The translations under genes and the position numbers were made by a program. Of a stretch of 64,000 bases of DNA, positions 49,402 through 64,000 are shown piece after piece. The DNA comes from Chlorokybus atmophyticus. Lineage: Eukaryota; Plantae; Mesostigma and Chlorokybus algae. Every line of letters begins with the position of its first letter. Position 1 is the stretch's first letter. The DNA is taken from NCBI GenBank assembly GCA_009103225.1, contig RHPI01003156.1, positions 474,537-538,536 of the forward strand. The letters are read 5' to 3'. The notes beneath the pieces were generated by a model, which saw only the letters and a list, made by a program, of their open reading frames with translations, made no database searches and was not told the origin of the DNA.

Positions 49402-52400
49402 CTTGGTGTGTGTTTGCTGGTGTGCTGCGGTGGCAGCTGTGCCGAAGACCCTTCACGCGAGGATAATGGAGCCTTGACGACACTACTGGAAAACGCACAA
49501 CAGAGCATGCACAAGTCAGCGGCTGATGGCGAAATTGGAGCTTAAACACTCAGGAAATCACGACTGAGGCAGGCGCTGGCTACACGCTTAGACTCACCTT
49601 CAGTTGCAGCTTTAGACTCACCTTCGCTTCGCAGCGCTTAAGATACTGCTCTTCCTTGCTTCACCCGACTCCTGTTTACTCGCTTCCCAGCAATCCACTC
49701 CGACACCCAAACTCACAAAGCCCAAGCCTAACACGCAAACCACGCCGCTCAAGACACAAAATGCACACTGATGCTTTCCCAGGCGCAGCCTTGTGCTTAT
49801 ATGGTTAACTCTAGGGTGGCTTATTTTCACGTGCAATGCAAACTGGATCCCCACGCTGGCAAAGTCCGCGAAACTTTCAACGGCGTGAGCTAGGCAGTCT
49901 GTCCAAAGTTTGAAGCCAGCCAATAACTTGTTGCTTTCCGGTTACGCCGACCCTGACCGTAACCGGTGGAGAGCCGGATCTCGAACGGTCAAGCGCGTGC
50001 TTGCAAAGTCCTTGAGTTGACAATGCACAGCTGGAAGGTTAATCGCGAATCCAACCCTAACTTTTTTCGCTGGTAAGAACTTCAAATAGACGCCGAGAAA
50101 GTCCAGTCGCACTAGCAGAAAATCGTTGCTGAGATTATGGCTGTCACACCAGGTATGGAGAACTTCTTTCAAGCATTGAAGTTTAGGAGGAGAAGTCTGC
50201 TATTGTTCTTCGTTCCTCCTCCCTTTCCTCTGTTGCCAAGTCATCACGCACGGTGCACTGCACGGTGAAGTGCCAGCGGTCAGGGCGTGTCACGCCGCGG
50301 TTACGCTCTCGACCACGAGTTCAGTGAGCGTCGCACTGCCCGTTACTCGCGCGGTTTTCGAAAATACGGTGTTTTGCGCTGACTTTGGGACCCAGCAACT
50401 CTAGGCCAGTCAGTGACTCATAAGTCATGAAACAACGCAGCACAAGCATCTTGCTTGGTTGCTTCTTGTTTGTGGTTAGGTAATGATGTCGCATGAAAGC
50501 GAGATCCCGTCCACGTGTGACTCGGTGCTCGACGACTTTTGGCGGAGAACACGCCGGTCACAGCGTGTCGCCGTGTGCTGTAGTGCGCGCGATACGGAAG
50601 CGCGTGACTCACGTGAGTGGCGTGCGTGGAAAAGGTGCTCAATGTATTGACTCAGACAGCTAATGATGTGGTTCATAGCGCAGCGCGCTGGATCTAAAAC
50701 TTGGGGCCTACTGCGCTGCGCAGTGTGTGACGCGTGACGCATCGTTCACAACACAATCATGAGCTGCATCTTTATTTGCCGCAAAGAATGGCCTTGTCTG
50801 TCAGGTCCGTAAAACTTAAACGGACAGGATGCTAAAAGGCCTCCAGCTTGGCAAGCTCACCGCACATGACGCCGCACATGCTCCGAAAGTCCGGATCATC
50901 TGCGCAACTTGCTGTAAGCAGCTCCGCTAGGATGTCAACGATAGGTCTTGACCCGACTCGCAATAATTGATTGAGGCACTCAAGCAATCGTACATCATAT
51001 TTATCCTAACACATGTGCACAGGCAAAGACATCAATACGACTTCATGACATGACATGCAACAATGCTTAAGGCTTATTAACCACCAATGTGCACACACGC
51101 AAGCAGCCACCAAGCCAGCATCATGTCGACTTCAACATTACGCCTGAGCAGCAACAAGAGCCGCTCGCACACTATTTGTAATTCAAGCCGTCGCCCTGTA
51201 CAAGCTACCAGCACAGGTGACTATGTGTTGTCGCCTAAAACACCGTATACGGTGCATAAATAAATAAAAAGGACTCAGCGTGCAAGCTAAAAAACACGAT
51301 TAATAACGTCATAAACATTATCGGTACTATTGATGTCATCACAACTTCAACTACTTGAGTATAATTAAATTGTGTAAGCTCATATTGATGCACTTATGTG
51401 CAATGCCTAACACACATATCAGATGACATAGCCAAGCGGACACCAGCAACAAACAAACACTGCACCTGAATATGCAGACGCGGCAGTGCATACTATCAAT
51501 GTAATGGTGCAAACTCATAGCCATCTGAAGCACATTCAATATGCATGCCATCATGAATTAATTTGACAGTACTTGTGTATGCATTGCATAATATCAATAT
51601 GGTGTATAAGCACCTTACACACACATAACTGCACGGTACGAGATACGAATATCAACACGATATGACATAAACACGACTACTTCAATTTATTTTCACATAT
51701 ACAAGATGAAATACGATTTTAATTCGATGTGCTATTTAACAATGCATTGCACAATGTGCTACCGATAATGATGACCGACTGCAGTGTATGCAACCATTCA
51801 TAAGCCCCCAAACCTCATGACAGCCGCTGCGTGCAGTGGAACTTCAGTAAAGTGAGTGTATGCAAACAATACGTAAGTGCACGTCGTTGATTGTTACATG
51901 TAAACACTGACAATTTTCAGTGGCATAATAAATTTAAGTTTTTATATATTTTGGGGGGATGCATATGACCAAATACTAGTTAGTCAACACAAGTTGGATA
52001 CTATGATGCAACCAGGCACATACAAACTCTGGTGTTTATGCAGCAACGCATTACAGCAAAGCACCGATTTAAATATGAATAATGGGTAAGGGTCAATAGA
52101 GTCAATGTAAACACAGATAATATGTCACGCCATCCAATGACTGAGTGAGGGTATACAACAAATGTTGTGTTAATATGATACTATAATGCGGCATATGTAT
52201 ATAAACCGATACTGTATGCATTGTACACACACAACGTTAGCATGACCCATATATGTGTTGTACATCACGTGTAACTCCAATTGGACATGAAATGCATCGA
52301 TTACTCATAAAATAATATTACATCTTGACAATTGGTATAAATCTTTTTATTGATATACATAGATTTAATTAACATTGCGCAAGGCACGCTCAAACATAAT

Positions 52401-53321
52401 GTGCATGATTCAAGCAAACCAAGCCAACCTAGAGCAAGGCAACAGCAATCAGCCACTGAGCAATCGATTAAACAGGGGCTATGATGGAGTTTGTACTCCA
52501 AGACTTGGTCTGGACTTACACAAGACAAGACTAAACACGTTTCCTAGCTAGGCCCTCAAGCAGCGGCATACATTAGCAAGGTGACGGCGATGCAGATTTC
52601 ACAACAACCTGCAAGGCACACAGTATGTATATTGATACGTATGAACTACTACATTTATACCAACAAATGAATGAATAAGAAGGTCGTAACGTAGTATAAT
52701 ATCATTGCACATAATTGAAGTATATAACAACGGTATACACTTCACTGATATAGATTGCAATGCTACATGAAAATAAAAACCGCCTCCTCACTGCTTAATC
52801 AAAATGTCTACGCTTTGTACGCATTAAGTCTATTGGATGCATATGATAGAGCAATGGGGCCATTGGAGCACACACAACATGATAAAAGAAGCAAAACTAT
52901 GTATAATAGGCCATAAACATAGCCATTAACTAAACACAACCAATACAGCCAAACAAGACTACATTATCAGGGGCGGGACCATATGTGCGTGCAGTGCTAT
53001 ATGGTGACAATAACGGGCAGAGAGTAGCGGTAGCAGCAGCAGCGGCTCACCTACCGACGGGGCAAATGAGGGGGTGCATGGAGATGTTTTGCCTTGATCG
53101 ACCTGGACTTGCATGTATCGCACATTATGTCGATCAACCATTTGTAGATCTAATTATGCGATCCACGCCTACCATTGAAGCGTTGCACATATGCATATGA
53201 TAGAGAGCTCTGACGAATACAACTTTTAGTGTAAAGGTCCGCTGCACGTATTAATTAGCTACACATGAGCTGTTACCGTTAACATGCCTGCGATGCCCAT
53301 CATTTTCAATCCCCCCCCCCC

Positions 53322-53510
53322 NNNNNNNNNNNNNNNNNNNNNNNNNNNNNNNNNNNNNNNNNNNNNNNNNNNNNNNNNNNNNNNNNNNNNNNNNNNNNNN
53401 NNNNNNNNNNNNNNNNNNNNNNNNNNNNNNNNNNNNNNNNNNNNNNNNNNNNNNNNNNNNNNNNNNNNNNNNNNNNNNNNNNNNNNNNNNNNNNNNNNNN
53501 NNNNNNNNNN
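53322..53510. other. Assembly gap (N run)
   Basis: 189 N bases. Confidence 1.
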
Positions 53511-54511
53511 CCTCCGTGGTATGATGTGGCTATATGCACATGATTGCCAACAATTTTGTCATGTATTTTAGGACAGGTATACCGCAGTGTCGCTAAACTT
53601 ATACAAAGTAGTGGTCAGAAAGTTAATTAAGTCAGCAAGCCCCGTCAGACAATGCGTTGTGGTCTGTACTCATCTATTTCCGTACATTTCATCACCTAAT
53701 GTCCGATTAAAAGTTTCGTATAACAGCCAATTGGAGTTATTTTTTGGGCAAAGATTTTGCAGCTTTATCGTATACACGTACACTCAAACTTGCTGTAACT
53801 TTTCGACACTAGTTGTTGATGGTGGTAAAACATACCTTGCTGTGCATGATGCAGGCGCTATCTATGATCTGAGCATGTCTAGCATACCTATATGTACTTC
53901 CAACATATCATACACATTTCAAATCCACATCACACACCCCCTTCATGCAAAGCTCCCCGTCTCCCCCCGCCCCCCTTCACCCTCCATGAACTCAAGCGTT
54001 GACAACTTGCAACTAACTCGCTGTAAATCCATACGCGTATAACAATAGCAATGACTGTCATACACACTGGGGAGCCCAGTCAGTCTCCGGCGTTGGCGTC
54101 GGCCATTTTGTCGACGTCGTCATGAACATCTGCGTGAAGCCCGGCCTGACCACTACGGCTATGCTGCGCAGGTGGTGACCCCTTGCTTACAACCTGCCCC
54201 ATTCTGCCTTACCCTCCTCGCCACTGTGCAGTTCGCGAGTGTCGTGCTGTTAGTGTTGATGTTGGTTTTTGAGTGTTGTAGTGTCCTAGCGCTGCCCTGG
54301 GCCCCCTCTTCATCTGGCCTTGCTGTTGTGTGCTTCTTGTGTGTGTGCTTGTGTGCTGGTTTCAGCATGAAATAGCATCTATTTGCTTTACATACTTATT
54401 CACATATCTCTATTACTTATTCACACAAAACTGCACAAATGACCAAAGATCCCCTCCCCCAAACCAAGGCTATTTTACCATGCCACAAGACAATGGTGCA
54501 CACACGCTGCT

Positions 54512-57426
<2,915 letters not shown>

Positions 57427-60400
57427 GACTAACGCCCGGCCTGGTTGGAGTCTGGCCGGATGCTATCAACACCAAACGGCACCGTTCGCCGTTGAAAGTG
57501 GAGAAGTTGCGCGGCGCAGCAAGCAGCGCAAAAGTGCGGACGGGCACCGTGTCACGACAAATAACGAGACGAGCTATTGCGTTCGTCAGGCCAGCTGCCA
57601 TTTACTCTGCTCCAAGCGCTACTTGTACGGTCTGGCAGTGGCACGAGCTCTTTGCCGTACTTTATGCATCGACGGAAGGTACGTACGTACGTACATCAAG
57701 TACGGTGCAAGAAAGTTCGGTTGTACACACGGTCGCTGGCATCGTGTACGATTGCTGCAAGTATATGTTCAATGTGCAGGAAGCCATCACGTGTGCACCA
57801 AGCACCGAGAGCATGAAACTTTCATTGGGACCCCTGCTCCGCAGTGCGTCGCTGCAGTCGTTTTCGTATGCGACAATTCTCGAGAGGGATCAAAGTACTA
57901 ATGATTGCCGAGATTCCCTGTATTGAATCTGCAGTGCTTGATCGGCGTACCAGCACAGCTGGAGGATGTACTGTGTCCTGCATCCTAGTACAGTCTACCC
58001 TCCCGAAGAGCATACTGTTTGTCCCCATCATTCGTATGCTCTTGGCGAGAATATGCTCTTGGCGTTTAAGAGAATAACATGCTTTTGGATGTCAAGAGTA
58101 TAAATATGCTATAAACGCGGGTTCATCACTTCCGTCACGCTCATTACGTCACGCGCATCACGGTACGCCCGTCGCGTCATTACGCCCATCACGCTAGTTG
58201 CGCGTCACACCTTGCCCATCATGCCCTGATTGTCACGCTCATTACGCCTTATGCCACATCCGTCACGTCTCTTCCCTCGATGTTGAGAATATGCACACTC
58301 AAACTTGCAAGAATGTTATGAAAAACAAATATGCTCTCAGCGGTTAGTCATATTCTCTTATGCACCAACATTTGCCTGTAAAACCATTTGTAATTTCGCA
58401 TTCTATTCTATAAGCGGGGTTATTCTCTTGGAGCGAAGTCTCTTAGCGAGGGTAGACTGTATAGGGATGCTGCATGCACTGTTCCCGCGTCAAAGAAATA
58501 TCACGCTTCACCACACTTGCCCCTTCAATTACATTTCGCGGGCTACCACCGTAAGAAATAATAATTCGTCATGACATCAACGTCTTATAGCAAGCAAGGC
58601 TAATTGTGCTCAAGTGGCAATGATGGTGATATTGATGAAGGGAATGATTGGAATGTTGAGTGCAAACAAAGTCCACACATAAACTTCGCAGCATGAAAAT
58701 TTATTCCGAAAGTTAATCTATTATTTAATACTAAATGAAGGTACTCATAAAGAGTTGTTACATTGTTATTTTATTTCAGATACAGGTACTCATAAAGAGT
58801 TGTTACATACGGATAGTGTAACGATACCACTCACTTACTTGCTGCACAGCTTGGCAAACTTATGCACAAGCACAAGGACTTATTTTCAGAAGGCCGACCA
58901 GCAACACACGGTGTTGTACCTTGAAGGGGAAGTCACAGCACCGCACCAGGGAAGGAGTGGATGCCACCAACCTTTTCACTCATCTCCCACACACATGCAC
59001 ACTCAAGCACACCCCACACACATGTGCAGAGTTGCCACAAGCATCACACCCCACATGGGATGAGGGAGAGCCCCTCGAACAATCTAATTAGGCACCCCAC
59101 ACACAAGAGTCCAGTATGCACATGCTGAGCTCCCTCAAAACTTGTTGAGGCCGTTCATATACCCCCTCTTTGCTGCTCTCCGACCTAGAACATCCAAGTT
59201 CAAGGCTACTTGCCTTGTCATGGCTGCTTTGAGCACAACTCATGCCTAGGGCTGCCACATCAGCCCTTGGACCTCTTGTTTAATGTCCAAGACTGATCAC
59301 ACATCAGCCTCAGACATTGTGAACGTCCTTGGCTGGTCACATCAGCCCTGGGCATCACAAACATCACCCTTGGGCAATGTGAACGTCCTTGGCTGGTCAT
59401 ATCAGCCTTGAACATCACACACATGCATACATATGCGCGCATATGCACGCATATGCGCATGCATGCATACATTAGCACGTACCTCATATCCTCACATATG
59501 CACTCATATGCGGACATATGCACATGCAAATATATGCACACACATGCGGACACATGGCTCACATGGCCATGTCTCAATGGTACCAACCAGCTCGGTCCTT
59601 GCTGATGTGCAATACCTTGTGTAGTTTATCTCACTCAAGGCCTCATAGGCTCAACAGCAGACCACGTGAGAGCCACCCCACAAGCACTACACATGCTTAT
59701 AACATGGAAAACGCACCGGTCTCATCTTGCTTACATAAGCAAGGAATAGAGAATGACTTTAGCCAGCCTTATAGGCGTGCCAGATAGCATTTTGTTCATG
59801 AACGGATGGCACGTGTTATATACAAGGGGCCACGTACTCTTCGCATGATTACAACTAAAATTCATATAAGCTTTCAAACATGTAAATGCATTCGTACGGG
59901 GAGCTTTAATAATGCTGATGCCCGTTCTCGATTGGCGAGGGGGTATGGTTGAGCCAAGGTTGATGTTTCCGTTGTCGTATGCAAGGGGGTAAAGCGGTCG
60001 CAGTATGAGGCACTGTAAATGGGTAAATACAATAATGTTATTATATGATAATAATATGCTAAGTATGAAAAGCTACTGATCGCTTGATAACTTTATGAAT
60101 GGATGTACAATAGGCATAACAATGATCTCATAGTTGCATGTTTGAGTAATATGCATATATTGATTGCCGGACGCTTCTGTTGTTGCATTTCGATATGTAC
60201 AAACACAACATTCCCCATCCCGCTTTGGATATTCGCATTTTGCAACACATTTATTGCTGCTATTTTAATAGCCATTTTCATTGAGAATATATGTTATATT
60301 TATGGATATAGGGCATATATAAGGCATGTAGTTTTACGCATGCCAAAGAGTTATTATCATCATGGTCGCGTGGTGGTTAACTTGTTAATATTACAATATA

Positions 60401-60942
60401 ACACCATTAACAATTGCAATTAACTGTTTAAATGCTCGCGCATGGTTTGTATTTCAATGCTCTTAAACACTTTTATGTATGGTAGACAGCATCTAACAAT
60501 ATCATTGATATCAACATGATATTTGTTTTTTCACTATAAAGATCATCATTCAAAGCAATGCTTGCACGTAACATCAACATTGACCAGCACAATATCATTT
60601 TAAAGTTATAACTCGTACTTACATGGCGTGTTTATGTTTATCAATAGAGCTTCAAGGCCCAAATCAGCGCTGATTATTGTCGCCTATTGTATTCATAATA
60701 CACTGCTGATGTGCTCCTTTGGCAATATGCTGCCCTTTGTGCATACATAGTGTGTGCATTTACATTATGGGCACAAGAAACAAGGAGACCGATAGAATGT
60801 ATACCCAATCTACGGATATACATGTATTGCTCATCTTATCGACAAAAAGTAAAAAAACAAAAATAACACGAAACTCATCTTGTTGTAGATAATAACTTAT
60901 ATACATGAAAACAACAAGTTGTTTCATCATACATATATATAT

Positions 60943-61044
60943 AGAGAGAGATGGAGATTTAGATATAGATATAGATATAAGTAGATAGATAGATATACAT
61001 ATAGGTAGATAGATAGATGGATAGATAGTTAGATAGATAGATAA

Positions 61045-61076
<32 letters not shown>

Positions 61077-61083
61077 ATAGATA
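60943..61083. repeat. (GATA)n-type microsatellite
   Basis: Read directly. Confidence 0.9.
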
Positions 61084-62114
61084 TTTAATTAAGGCATTAT
61101 ATGAAAGACTTTTGCAAGCTTACCACGTTGTGTGCAATTAAAAAGTCGTGCTAGTAAGCAGACATGGAATATATATTTACTTTTAGAAGAAAAGCAAAAC
61201 ACGCATTCAACGTCTGCTAGTCCGCTATATATATGAGATACTCATATATATCTCTTGGATATTAAGCATATTTGCTGCAACAATTAATAAGTATTATGCT
61301 GAACTAGACATTAGGCATATTTGCTATTGAAACAAAATAACGAACACTTGTTACGATTATCCTCAACAAACTATTGAAAGGGCACGTCACAAAGTGGGTG
61401 TGTTACAATATTAACTTGACTCGGATGGTCTAAGACTCACATCCAACAACTTTCTAGGTGTGCATGGTTGAGCAGCAAGGCCCATATCACAAGCCACACC
61501 GTTGAGAGTGTGGGGCATATGGGCAATATGAATGGGTGGATACATTACCCTGAGCAACTTAATGGATATATAAAGTCGCAATCGTCAGTCAATAATAGAA
61601 TAATAGCCTTAACGGGGTGCTGCTGCAATGATGCTGTGGAGCGTACATGGTAACAATCTTAACATAACAAGCAACATTACATTGCCTTAAACTGTGGTTC
61701 AAACATATGCATATCTATATTAGCCAAAGAAGTGTTTTGCCACCACTCCATTTCACATTGACAACAATTCATGACGCTTGTCCTTTATTGTATTGTTGCG
61801 ACAACAATTGCATGTGCGCAATCCACAATCAACAATTACCTTCAATGTTGACGCGCTATTCCTACCTCAGTGAAGGCTTTCTCAGTGTACAACTGCGTTT
61901 GTCTCTCAACCCATACATACCGCAGCTCAATTCAAACAGTGTCAGCACACATGTTCATGAAGGTGGGCTGCTGTAATGCTTGGCCCACACTCACAACAAC
62001 GCAGGCATGGGCGACAGGTGCGACAGCGCGCCTGGTCCCCAGAGTTTGTCTTCACCAAATCAACTGCAACTTCTTGTCAACTTCATGTATTCCGGGGGCA
62101 ATGTGCGATAGGCC

Positions 62115-64000
62115 TTACAATTCTGAGAGAGCCTGATCCATCACCGCCACAAAGAAGTCTGCCACAAGCCATTGTAAAGTAAACACTCAACTCAGTTTAA
62201 GCATTGCCGCAAAGCAAGCAACCCATGCATAGATACTACAATACACATGTGGGCAGAATGCATGGAGATCATGCAACTGCAGGACCGCAGCTGTGCAATG
62301 GCAGTAACCTTGTATGCTCATGCATGCCGCCTGCTTGACACATGCAGTTACAACATGTGAACTGCTCAGACGCAGTGACTTACCCGCGTCTTGTCGAGTG
62401 AAGCACATGGGAGGCTTGATTCGGAACACGTTGCCTTTCAGACCACCCTTACCAGCAAGAACACCCAGATCTGCAAGTCCATATCTACATGAGCTAGGGC
62501 ATGAAAGGCGCTGAAAAATGCAACATGCTTGGCTGACCACAACGACAGCGCGCGCGCGCACACACCCACACACAACATAAAGATGTGGCCATAGCTACCT
62601 TTCATCCTCTCAAAAGCTTGCACAGTCTCAGCAGTGGCAGGCGTCTTTGCTTTCCTGTCAGTGACCATCTCCACGCCGAGCATCAAGCCCGCACCTCGCA
62701 CGTCACCAATGACTGCGCGCATGTTGGTTCAAGGTTAGTTTACACTTGAGTATAACGTTTCTTTACAACAAAGCCACCACAGGACGTACGTACTCAACAA
62801 CTTACTGTCATGCTTCTGCTGTAGATGCATCAGGCGCCCAAGCAGATAACCTCCAACCTCTCGGCAATGCTCCTGCAGCATAGGTTTATGTAAACATGTC
62901 CGGTGTGTGTGTCAGCGACAATGCTGTGACTATCAACCCAAATCAACAACAAACCATCTCATACAGGGCATCCTGCATGATCAGTTGATGGCCCAGGAGT
63001 GACACATCAACCTCACCTGACGCTTTTCTTTGTCAACAACCTCCAGAACTGCCTTGCCAGCAGCGCTGCAGACAGGGTTGCCGCCGTATGTGTTGAAGTG
63101 CAACCTTTGTGCCATGACCGCTGCTACCTCTCTCGTCGTCACAACAGCTGCAAGGGGGACGCCGTTGCCAATGCCCTGCATGAACGCAAGCACGCAACAT
63201 GAATGTGAGACATGAGCACATGTGCGTGATTGAGTAAAGCAAGCAATGCTTGCCTTGGCCATCGTCACAATGTCAGGCATAACTCCTGCAGTCTCAAAGC
63301 CCCAATAGTGCGTGCCGCACCTTCCGAAGCCTGTTTGCACCTGCAAAGCGGCACGCCATTCTTGATACGCTAACAAAAGTGATACGCGAGCTGTTTCCGC
63401 AAAAGTAAGCCCCAGCATTGGTGCATGCTGCACCCAGATTGCTCACCTCATCTGCAATGCAAAGGCCACCGTGCGCGCGAATCAAGTCATATGCTTGCGG
63501 CAAGTACCCATCTGCAAGTTTGACGGTTCCACCAACTCCCTGCCAATGTGCCGACCAGACGGTCAAACTCACCCACATCAAAGACCTCATGAGCTCAAAT
63601 GCAAGTGTAATGCACAACACGACGCAATTGAAGTGTGCACTACCTGAATGGTTTCAGCAATGAAACCAGCTACTCTGCCCGAAGTGGAGTGTTCAATGAC
63701 AGACTTAAGGTCCTGGCTCACATAAGCTGGCCCATCGTCTCCAAACACGCCGCGGTATGGATCAGGGTTCATTGCGTGCTTTATGCCGAAGCCCTAGAAA
63801 GACAACGTTGACAAGTAAGCAGAGGGCCAAGTTGCACAGGATGCACGGTCTACAGCTAGCGGTGCTACCATTTTGCAGACAGACAGCCGCACTCACAGCT
63901 CCCTCAACACACATGGACACACATGTGCGTGCGCTGAACACCCAGACACACAAGTGTGCATGTGTATGTTTCCTTTGTCGGAAGGTAGGTACCCATCCCT
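62115..64000 (-). CDS. AGT2: Alanine-glyoxylate aminotransferase 2 (class III PLP aminotransferase), 3' exons; 5' part beyond the window
   Basis: '[12 protein letters not shown]', '[17 protein letters not shown]', '[13 protein letters not shown]', '[10 protein letters not shown]', '[13 protein letters not shown]', 'FRIKPPMCF', ending 'MDQALSEL*'. Confidence 0.93.

Noticed and set aside
49942-50172. 76-aa ORF upstream of PPA
   Set aside because: No recognisable motif or splice support; likely promoter sequence.
58739-58808. CRISPR-like repeat-spacer
   Set aside because: Only two repeats, a 20-nt spacer, eukaryotic context and no cas genes.

Overview
Intron-rich eukaryotic genomic DNA from a green-plant lineage, probably a green alga (inferred from plant-type MED11, arabinose-5-phosphate isomerase and NTR, a predicted plastid transit peptide, and short GT-AG introns; the species cannot be determined here). 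Bases 1-19.8 kb are a transposon nest. A decayed Penelope-like (Naiad/Chlamys-type) retroelement is split by a complete but decayed Ty3/gypsy chromovirus (5689-13433, TSD GAAGC), and a Ty1/copia abuts or interrupts it at 4712. The gypsy carries a young 632-bp TRIM, a copia solo LTR and a probable MITE. An apparently intact intron-containing hAT transposon follows (15618-18830, TSD GTCGGAGC), then a mariner-type MITE. Bases 20.3-49.4 kb are a compact gene block: KdsD/SETH3, MED11, a bacterial-type Rossmann/DUF2520 (PanG-like) gene, a large EML/TAPE WD40 gene, a predicted plastid membrane protein, uL22m, an unannotated 57-aa sORF 73 nt upstream of HEMK2/N6AMT1 (candidate bicistronic locus), NTR and soluble pyrophosphatase. 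The rest holds an OYE/OPR gene, unexplained AT-rich and repeat regions, and the 3' part of AGT2. The best leads are the sORF-HEMK2 locus, the PanG-like gene, the PLE and the TRIM with a tRNA-like B-box. No rRNA, real tRNA or CRISPR array was found.
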